Below, piece by piece: positions 57,376 through 64,000 of a stretch of 64,000 nucleotides of DNA. The notes under the pieces are model-generated. The model ran no database searches. It was not told the origin of the DNA and worked only from the letters and a program-made list of their open reading frames with translations. The number at the start of each line of letters is the position of its first letter. Positions within the stretch are counted from its first letter, which is position 1. The position numbers and the translations under genes were made by a program. The stretch lies in contig NZ_JAKFUM010000006.1 in assembly GCF_021732705.1 (NCBI RefSeq), forward strand, positions 36,198 through 100,197, read 5' to 3'. This DNA is from Nevskia sp. (GTDB taxonomy: Bacteria; Pseudomonadota; Gammaproteobacteria; Nevskiales; Nevskiaceae).

Positions 57376-59001
57376 TCAGGCGCCGAAGGCTTCCTGGGCC
57401 GCCGCGGTGTTCATGAAGTCGCGGAAGTGCAGCCACTTGCCGTTGCGGATCGTGATCACGTGGACGAAGTCGGAGTCGATGCTGCCGCCGGTCTTGCGCG
57501 CGGTCAGGCGCAGGTGGCCGGTGACCACCACCTTGTCGCCGCTGGCGATGAATTCCTCGGCGTCGAACTGGTGGATGTCGACCGAGGCCAGCACGGTGTC
57601 GAAGAAGCGACGGGCTTCGTCGCGCGTCCGGTAATGGCCGGCGTACGGAATCGTGGCCGGACCGTAGAAGTCGATCACCACGTCGTCGTCGAGCAGTTCG
57701 AGTATGCCCGGCACGTCGGCGGCGCCGAAGCGGGCGAAGACTTCCCTGACCATCGCGATGTTGCTGGCCTCTAAGCTCGCAAGCTTGGGCTCCAGGATCA
57801 GCGGCAGCGTGGTGCAGCTGTGCTGCAGCAGGGTCGCGGTCTGTGCAACGGTGGGCGCGAGCCCGGGTCGCAGGCTGCGGTAACCATCGAGCAGACCGGC
57901 AATCAGGCACTCCACTTCCAGGCTCGCCAGCGGGGCGCCGAGGCAGTAGTGGATGCCGTGGCCGAAGCTCAGATGCTGGCCGGCGTTCTCGCGATTGAGG
58001 CTGAAGCGCATCGGGTCCGGGAAGACCTCGGGGTCGTGGTTGGCGGCGGCGAAGAACAGCGCTACCCATTCGCCGGCGGCGATCGTGCGACCGCCGATCT
58101 CGACGTCTCGTGTCACCTGCCGGAACAGGCGCTGCGGCGGGCCGGTCATGCGCAGCGTTTCGTGCAGGAAGCGGCCGATCTTCGAGCGGTCGGTCTGCAG
58201 TTCGGCCCAGACCTCGGGATGTTCGGCCAGCACTTTCAGGCAGTTGGCGGCGAAGTACATCGTGGTTTCGCTGCCGGCGACGACGAGGGTGAAGCAGAAG
58301 CGCCAGACCTCGTCGGTGCTGAGCGTCTGGCCTTCGGATTCGGCGGTCAGCAGGGCATCGATCAGGTCGTCGTTCGGGCTTGCGCCGGCGGCGAGCCGTG
58401 CCGCGCGCTCGGCGACGGTCTGCACGAAGTAGCCGACCATCTCGCGATTGCTGATGTCGCGGTCTTCCGCCGACAGGTCGGCACTGAGCATGAAGGCGTT
58501 GGACCAGCGCTGGAAGCGGTCGGTCAGATCGGCCGGAAGCCCCAGCAGATGCACCATCAGCCGCGCCGGCAGGCCCGCACACAGCGCGGACACGCCATCG
58601 AATTCGCCAGCCGGCAGCTGGCCGATCAGATCACGCACCACCGCTTCGATTGCCGGCCGCAGTTCGCGCACCCGCTTCGGCGTGAACGCCTTGACCACGA
58701 TGCGGCGCAGCTTCGCGTGTTCCGGATCGTCGTGGTTGACCAGCATCAGGATCGGCGCGCCGGTGCCTTGCTGGAAGTTGGCGGACGAGAACGTGACCGG
58801 ATCGCGCGCGGCCGCCTGCACGTGTGCGTGCTTGAGCAGCGCCCAGGCCCGCAGCGGCGCGTCGCGGCCGGGAACGGTGCCGGGCGGCCAATCGGCATAG
58901 CCGGGCAGCGGCGATTCGGCGCGCAGCGCGGCGTAGGCCGGGTAGGGATTGGCGATGACCTCGGGCGTGGCCAGATCGCGGGCTTCGTAGCGTGGGTGCA
59001 T
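57376..59001 (-). CDS. Cytochrome P450 fused to a C-terminal SnoaL/NTF2-like domain
   Basis: I-helix VAGSETT, K-helix ETLR, AANHDP, heme motif FGHGIHYCLG. Continuous ORF into NIAMVREVFARF...GDKVVVTG...FVHVITIRNGKW-HFRDFMNT. Confidence 0.88.
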   Translation of the reverse strand: MHPRYEARDLATPEVIANPYPAYAALRAESPLPGYADWPPGTVPGRDAPLRAWALLKHAHVQAAARDPVTFSSANFQQGTGAPILMLVNHDDPEHAKLRRIVVKAFTPKRVRELRPAIEAVVRDLIGQLPAGEFDGVSALCAGLPARLMVHLLGLPADLTDRFQRWSNAFMLSADLSAEDRDISNREMVGYFVQTVAERAARLAAGASPNDDLIDALLTAESEGQTLSTDEVWRFCFTLVVAGSETTMYFAANCLKVLAEHPEVWAELQTDRSKIGRFLHETLRMTGPPQRLFRQVTRDVEIGGRTIAAGEWVALFFAAANHDPEVFPDPMRFSLNRENAGQHLSFGHGIHYCLGAPLASLEVECLIAGLLDGYRSLRPGLAPTVAQTATLLQHSCTTLPLILEPKLASLEASNIAMVREVFARFGAADVPGILELLDDDVVIDFYGPATIPYAGHYRTRDEARRFFDTVLASVDIHQFDAEEFIASGDKVVVTGHLRLTARKTGGSIDSDFVHVITIRNGKWLHFRDFMNTAAAQEAFGA

Positions 59002-59073
59002 CGTCGTCTCCTCGCTGCTCGATAATGGTTTCCAGGGATCAACCGGCATCCCGTTTTATGGCGACGTTCAACT

Positions 59074-59718
59074 ATGTCCTCAGGACACAATAAGTCCGCG
59101 ATTCCGGCGAGGTCAAACCGTGCGCGGTCGACGAAGAGCGCAACCGTGCCCGCGACACCGTCGCCCGATGCCGCGCCGTCGCCGGTGTCGCAGGCCGCGC
59201 GGGACTTTCTCAATCTGTTCTATCCGGTGCACTACAAGATCGGCATTGGGATCGAGGACGCGCTGCGAGGCGGCCGGCTGACCCGCCATCAGGTGGCGAT
59301 CCTGTGGCTGATCCGCTCCGAAGGCGAGGGCGGCAAGCGCATCGCCCGCAAGGAGATCGAGCGTTCGATCACCCGCTGGTTCGAAATCGGCAACTCGGCG
59401 ATTTCCAAGGCCTTGCGGGTGCTGGCGAAGCCGCCGCACGAGCTGCTGGCGATCGTCGAGAACCCGCTGTCGGCACGCGAGCGCTACGTGCTGCTGACGC
59501 CTGCGGGCGAGCAGCAGATCGAATGGATGATCGATCAGGGCCACCGTTTCCTGCAGCGCATGGTCGATCACCTGCGCGCCGACGAATCGGCGCAGGGCGT
59601 GCATTTCCTGACACGGGTCAGCGCGATCATCGACATCGTCGCGCGTGAAAAGCCGGTGGCGTCGGCGGCACCGGCAGCGGCTGCCGAAGGCCGCAAGCCG
59701 CGTCGGGCGCGGCGTTAG
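59074..59718 (+). CDS. MarR-like winged-helix regulator
   Basis: LTRHQVAILWLI, GNSAISKALRVL, RERYVLLTPAG; divergent from the P450. Start uncertain. Confidence 0.72.
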   Translation: MSSGHNKSAIPARSNRARSTKSATVPATPSPDAAPSPVSQAARDFLNLFYPVHYKIGIGIEDALRGGRLTRHQVAILWLIRSEGEGGKRIARKEIERSITRWFEIGNSAISKALRVLAKPPHELLAIVENPLSARERYVLLTPAGEQQIEWMIDQGHRFLQRMVDHLRADESAQGVHFLTRVSAIIDIVAREKPVASAAPAAAAEGRKPRRARR

Positions 59719-59739
59719 CGGCTTCCGGCGCGGATCGCT

Positions 59740-60831
59740 TCAGCGGATCTCGACGCTGCGCCGGGCAATCAGCTGGCCCTGCGACGTGCGCAGGTCGACC
59801 TGCCAGTGGCCGCGCGGGTCTTCGCCGAAGTGCAGCTTGCGGCTGTAGGTGCGGAAGCCGGCGTCGCGGCCGCCGGTGATCTCGGCGGGAATGCGGTCGA
59901 TCAGGCGACCGTCCTGCTGCCAGTCGAAGACCACGGCCTGCGACAGTCCGCGCGGCGCGCGCACGGCAACGAAGGCGATCAGCCCGGTTTCGGTCAGTTG
60001 CGTGATGGCGACCTGGTCGACCGCAGCGCCCGGCACGAAGCCGTCGAGCGTGGTCGTGATCCTCGCCTCGCGCACCCACAGCCCGGCAGGCGGGATCGCG
60101 GCGCGGCCCAGCCACATCAGCACGAGCAGCGCGGCCGCGATGGTGCCGACCGCGAGGTACCGCCGCTTTGCCGCACCATCGGCGGTCTGGCGCAGCAGCG
60201 CGACGAGGCTCAGCAGCAGGGTCAGCGCGGTGATGCCGAACGCGATCGGCAGCGCCTGTTCGACCGGCAGGTGCACGGCCAGCGGCAGGATCACCAGCGA
60301 CGCGACGAAGCTGCAGCCGCCGTGGAAGGCCATCGACAGCGCCGGGTTCGGCGCGATGCGGTGCCAGTACAGCGGATCGATCGCGGAGGCCACCGCCAGC
60401 GCACCGGCGGCGATCACGAACGCGATCTGGCCCGGCGCAGCCGCCGACATCGCCGTGAACAGGAACGGCAGCGAGAAGAACAGCAGTTCCTGCTGCACCT
60501 GCTGGGTGATGAAGCGGGCCGTGGCCTCCGGCAGACGGCCGCGCGTACGCCGCGCGAACCAGCGGCCGAGCACGCCTTCGGCCAGCAGCCACGGCCAGCC
60601 AAGCAGCGCGATCACCGCCATTACCCGCGCCATGTGCTCGCCGCGCTGCACCAGCAGGAAGCTGCCGACGCCGAACGCGAAGCTGGCCACCGGCAGCAGC
60701 AGCGGATGACGGTGCAGCAGGGCCAGCACGCGGCCCAGCAGCGTGCCCGAGACCGGCGTCACCGGGCTTGGTGGCGGCGCATCGGGATCGATCGGGGAGG
60801 GTGCCGACTCGGGCACTGGCGACTCGGACAT
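59740..60831 (-). CDS. Membrane protein, DUF5924/DUF2914-like
   Basis: Multi-TM N-terminus (QELLFFSLPF, IDPLY) and C-terminal beta domain (AVRAPRGL, GGRDAGFRTYSRK, GHWQVDLRT-QGQLI). Confidence 0.78.
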   Translation of the reverse strand: MSESPVPESAPSPIDPDAPPPSPVTPVSGTLLGRVLALLHRHPLLLPVASFAFGVGSFLLVQRGEHMARVMAVIALLGWPWLLAEGVLGRWFARRTRGRLPEATARFITQQVQQELLFFSLPFLFTAMSAAAPGQIAFVIAAGALAVASAIDPLYWHRIAPNPALSMAFHGGCSFVASLVILPLAVHLPVEQALPIAFGITALTLLLSLVALLRQTADGAAKRRYLAVGTIAAALLVLMWLGRAAIPPAGLWVREARITTTLDGFVPGAAVDQVAITQLTETGLIAFVAVRAPRGLSQAVVFDWQQDGRLIDRIPAEITGGRDAGFRTYSRKLHFGEDPRGHWQVDLRTSQGQLIARRSVEIR

Positions 60832-61013
60832 GTCGAAAAGCAGGGATGGACAGGCGGGCACGGCCGGGCAGACTGGACATCGGGCGATGCCTGCACGACG
60901 AACCGCACCCGGTCAGGCGGCGATTCTGCCCTGCGCGGCGAGGCGGTGCGTTGACGCGCCGACGCGAAGGCGGCACTCGCATGCCAAGGTCGCCACTGCC
61001 GCCGCGTCGCGGA

Positions 61014-61634
61014 TCAGCCTGCCACGTGGCCGGATCGGCTGCCCGCGTCGCCTCTCTGTGCGTCGACCAGTCGCGTCAGCAGGGCGATCTGCTGTTGCTG
61101 CATCGCCACCAACTCCCGCCACTGCTCCTCGCGAAGGCGGTCGACCTTCTGATGCAGCGCGAGGATTTCCAGTTCCGATTTCAGGTTGACCTCGTAGTCG
61201 TGCTCGGCGGCCGCGCGATCCTTCGCGGATTGCCGGTTCTGCGACATCATGATGACCGGCGCCTGCAGCGCCGCGAGCATCGACAGGATCAGGTTCAGGA
61301 ACACGAACGGATAGTGGTCGAACGGCGTGCCGAAACGCACCAGGATCACGCTGTTCAGGATCACCCAGACGATCAGCAGGCCGATGAAGCTCAGGATGAA
61401 GGTCCACGAGCCGCCGAACGCCGCGATGCGATCGGCGATGCGCTCGCCGACGCTCATGCCGTCCTCGTATTCCTGCTGCGCGTTGCGGCTGACGTGCAGG
61501 CGCCGACCGACGCGCTCGATGACATGGCGCTCGCTGCGCGACACGCGCTTGCCGTCGGCGGCGATGCGGGCCGTCAACTCGTCGAGCGATTTCGGGTCGG
61601 CGAGCGTCGGGTTCTGATCGAAATGGCGGGTCAT
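61014..61634 (-). CDS. DUF1003-family membrane protein
   Basis: GERIADRIAAFGGSWTFI, FDHYPFVFLNLILS-LAALQAPVIMMSQNRQ. Confidence 0.92.
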   Translation of the reverse strand: MTRHFDQNPTLADPKSLDELTARIAADGKRVSRSERHVIERVGRRLHVSRNAQQEYEDGMSVGERIADRIAAFGGSWTFILSFIGLLIVWVILNSVILVRFGTPFDHYPFVFLNLILSMLAALQAPVIMMSQNRQSAKDRAAAEHDYEVNLKSELEILALHQKVDRLREEQWRELVAMQQQQIALLTRLVDAQRGDAGSRSGHVAG

Positions 61635-61674
61635 CGCAAGAACTCCGGAGCCTGTGGACGATGCGCGACGGCGC

Positions 61675-62922
61675 TCAAGGTGCTCGGTCGGCGGCGTGAT
61701 AGTGCCCCTGAAGATACGCGCGCACGGCGGGCTGCAGGGTCAGGCCGATCGCCCGGGTGGCGGCGACGCGTGACGCGCCGGCCTCGCCGGTCAGCGCCAG
61801 CAGATGCGCGCGGGCGACCCAGTACGGCTGGTAGCGATCGATGCTCGCGGTGTCGATCCGGTCGAGCAGCGCCAGGCCCTGCACCGGATCGCCGGCCTCG
61901 CCGGTCGCAACCGCATGGCCGACCTGCGCGCCGATGGTCGGCGCAATCCGCAGCAGGTGCCGGTACAGGGTGACGATGCCGGCCCACGGCACGGTGCCGG
62001 TGAAGGCGCGCTGGGCGTGCGCGGCCTGAATGGCCGCTTCCAGCTGGAACGGACCCGGCTGGCGCAGGGCCGAGGCCCGCCACAACCACTGGTTGGCGTC
62101 GACGATCATCGCGCGATCCCAGCGCGCGCAGTCCTGCGCGTGCAGCGGCACGAACGCGCCATCCCGATCGAAGCGCGCGCCGCGGCGTGATTCGCAGAGC
62201 AGCATCAGCGCCAGCAGGCCCATCGCTTCGGCACTGTCCGGCTGCAGCGCCACGACCAGCTTCGCCAGGTACAGCGCTTCGTCGATCAGATCGGACGGCG
62301 TGTGGTCATCCGGGGCGACGGCGTCCCAGCCAAGGCTGAAGGCCGCGTAGATCGCTTCGAGCACGGCCTGCAGGCGCGCTGGCAGTTCCGGGCCTTCCGG
62401 CGGTTCGAAGCGCAGGCCGGCGTCGCGGATCCGCTTCTTGGCACGGACCAGCCGCTGCGCCAGCGTGGCCGGCGGCAGCAGGAAGGCCGAGGCGATCTGC
62501 CGGGCGTCGAGCCCGAGCACGGTCTGCAGCATCAATGCGGCATGCACGCGGGCGTCGAGCGCCGGATGGGCGCAGACGAACATCAGCTGCAGCCGGTGAT
62601 CGGGAATCGGCTGCAACAGCGGCGCGTCGGGGTCGTCGTGCGCGAACTCGTCATCGAGCATCGCGGTCACGGCCGGATCGCGGGTCAGCCGACGATGCCG
62701 CGCCACCTGCAGCAACGCGCGCTTGGCCACCGTCATCAGCCAGGCTTCCGGGGACGCCGGGATGCCGGTTTTCGGCCAGTGCTCGAGCGCCGCCAGCAGC
62801 GCGGTGGCCAGCGCATCCTCCGCCGCTTCGAGATCGCGCCACTGCCACGCCAGCCATGACAGCCGCCGCCCGTAGGCCTCGCGGGCGGCGGCCGCAGCCG
62901 CGATGGCGACGTCATCGGTCAT
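61675..62922 (-). CDS. ECF sigma factor with a C-terminal TPR-like extension (ECF42-type)
   Basis: AEDAL, PEAWLMTVAKR, RLQLMFVCAHPAL, QRLVRAK, GPFQLEAAIQAAH; preceded by a DGPF gene. Confidence 0.88.
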   Translation of the reverse strand: MTDDVAIAAAAAAREAYGRRLSWLAWQWRDLEAAEDALATALLAALEHWPKTGIPASPEAWLMTVAKRALLQVARHRRLTRDPAVTAMLDDEFAHDDPDAPLLQPIPDHRLQLMFVCAHPALDARVHAALMLQTVLGLDARQIASAFLLPPATLAQRLVRAKKRIRDAGLRFEPPEGPELPARLQAVLEAIYAAFSLGWDAVAPDDHTPSDLIDEALYLAKLVVALQPDSAEAMGLLALMLLCESRRGARFDRDGAFVPLHAQDCARWDRAMIVDANQWLWRASALRQPGPFQLEAAIQAAHAQRAFTGTVPWAGIVTLYRHLLRIAPTIGAQVGHAVATGEAGDPVQGLALLDRIDTASIDRYQPYWVARAHLLALTGEAGASRVAATRAIGLTLQPAVRAYLQGHYHAADRAP

Positions 62923-62952
62923 CGCGGCCTGCGCTCCATCTCGATGCCGGCC

Positions 62953-63318
62953 TCAGGCGCGGGCCGGCGGCGGCGGCAGCACCGGGCGGATCTCGGTCGA
63001 GCCGCGGGCGCAGGCCGGACTGCGCGCGGCCCATTCCAGCGCATCGTCAAGGGCTGGCACCTCGATGATCACGTAGCCGCCGAGATGCTCCTTGCTGTCG
63101 GCGAACGGGCCGTCCTGCACCTGCCGCTTGCCATCGCGCAGGCGCACGGTGGTGCCGGCGTGCGGCGGCTGCAGGCCGTTGCCGCTCAGCATGATGCCGG
63201 CCTGCGCGATCGAGCCGATGTAGGCGCTCCAGGCGCCCCAGTAGGCATCGGCGGTAGCGGGATCTTCGCGCAGCGCGAAGTCTTCGGCGGTTTCCTTGTA
63301 GATCAGCATGTATTGCAT
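62953..63318 (-). CDS. YciI/DGPF-family protein
   Basis: DGPFADSKEHLGGY, ALEWAARSP, EIRPV. Confidence 0.92.
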   Translation of the reverse strand: MQYMLIYKETAEDFALREDPATADAYWGAWSAYIGSIAQAGIMLSGNGLQPPHAGTTVRLRDGKRQVQDGPFADSKEHLGGYVIIEVPALDDALEWAARSPACARGSTEIRPVLPPPPARA

Positions 63319-63479
63319 GGCGCACTCCGGGTGTCGTCTAGGGTAGGGTCGATGTCAGCATTCCGCGATGATTCGCATTCGGGATTGACGTCGGCGCAGA
63401 GCGCGGCGCGATCACGGGCGGGCGCTTGGCGTCGGTCGTTCCCGGTGCCGGCGGGCCGGATGGCCCTGCCTGATGACTG

Positions 63480-63507
63480 GATGCGCGAAGCCGCCGGCAA
63501 TCGACAG
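63480..63507 (-). promoter_or_regulatory. Candidate ECF42-type autoregulatory promoter
   Basis: Minus strand TGTCGA-N16-CGCATC about 160 nt upstream of the DGPF start. TGTCGA matches the recalled ECF42 -35. Confidence 0.4.
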
Positions 63508-63561
63508 CACGACGAAATTTTTCGCAAGCGCGTCCGCGAACCCGTGATCCGCGACCGGCCG

Positions 63562-64000
63562 TCAGTAGCTGACGGTGATGATCAGACTGTCGACATAGCT
63601 GCCCGCGGCCGCAGGCTGCTGCGCCAGAATGCGGCCGTACACGGTGTGGGAAAAGGCAGTGCCGCCGAGGCCGATCAGAAAGCCGCCGCTGACCCCGGTG
63701 CTGTTGTCCCAGACCGTGGTGTAGCTGGCACTGGTGTAGAGGTTGTACGGAAGCGTGCTGGCCCCGGCGTTCATCCGGCGGCTCGCGGTATTGCCGCTGC
63801 CGCCGCCGGACAGCAGCACGGTGTAGCTGACCAGCAGACCGATGCCGGTGCAAGTCACCGTGACGGTGGCCGTGGCGGTGCTCGGCGATGCGGCAATCGG
63901 GTTGTAGCTGCCAAAGCTCAGGGTGCTGTTGGAGACGGTGCAGCTCGCCAGCAAGGCCTGCGCCGGTGCCGTGACCGCCAGCATGAACGTGGCGACCACC
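63562..64000 (-). CDS. Spore coat U / Csu-type chaperone-usher pilus subunit (5' end outside the window)
   Basis: SCTVSNSTLSFGSYNP, VTCT, LPYNLY, VYGRI, AAGSYVDSLIITVSY with a terminal aromatic residue. Confidence 0.88.
   Translation of the reverse strand, partial: VVATFMLAVTAPAQALLASCTVSNSTLSFGSYNPIAASPSTATATVTVTCTGIGLLVSYTVLLSGGGSGNTASRRMNAGASTLPYNLYTSASYTTVWDNSTGVSGGFLIGLGGTAFSHTVYGRILAQQPAAAGSYVDSLIITVSY

Overview
GC-rich chromosomal window. The gene set and synteny (tol-pal-cpoB-queE-queC-tRNA-Lys, greB, DUF2058) suggest a gammaproteobacterium, possibly Nevskiales-like; the taxon is an inference. About 55 CDSs and two tRNAs (Lys-TTT, Pro-TGG) are supported. No rRNA, integrase, transposase, prophage or CRISPR array was found. 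Core blocks: ruvB-ybgC-tolQRAB-pal-cpoB-queE-queC-tRNA-Lys, mdtABC, fhs, ndh-selO and greB. Accessory blocks: a PAS kinase/NarL-type two-component system followed by two tiny membrane ORFs; acyl-CoA metabolism genes; a CSS-EAL protein; a pore-less voltage-sensor protein; an MMPL-cNMP/LolA-like pair; a FabR-like TetR cluster with two diiron-type proteins, an SDR and a BVMO; a P450-SnoaL fusion; and an ECF42-type sigma/DGPF pair. Best candidates for undescribed biology: (1) a secreted DUF4331 + TPR + HupE/UreJ operon with a perfect FNR box at class II promoter spacing, a divergent Crp/Fnr regulator and an internal terminator; (2) an in-frame palindromic-repeat insertion of about 77 aa inside mdtB; (3) two copies of a 133-142 bp CGCAAAG-based palindromic element with unrelated central spacers; (4) a candidate anti-Shine-Dalgarno sRNA. 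Family assignments come from motif recognition and recall, not database searches.
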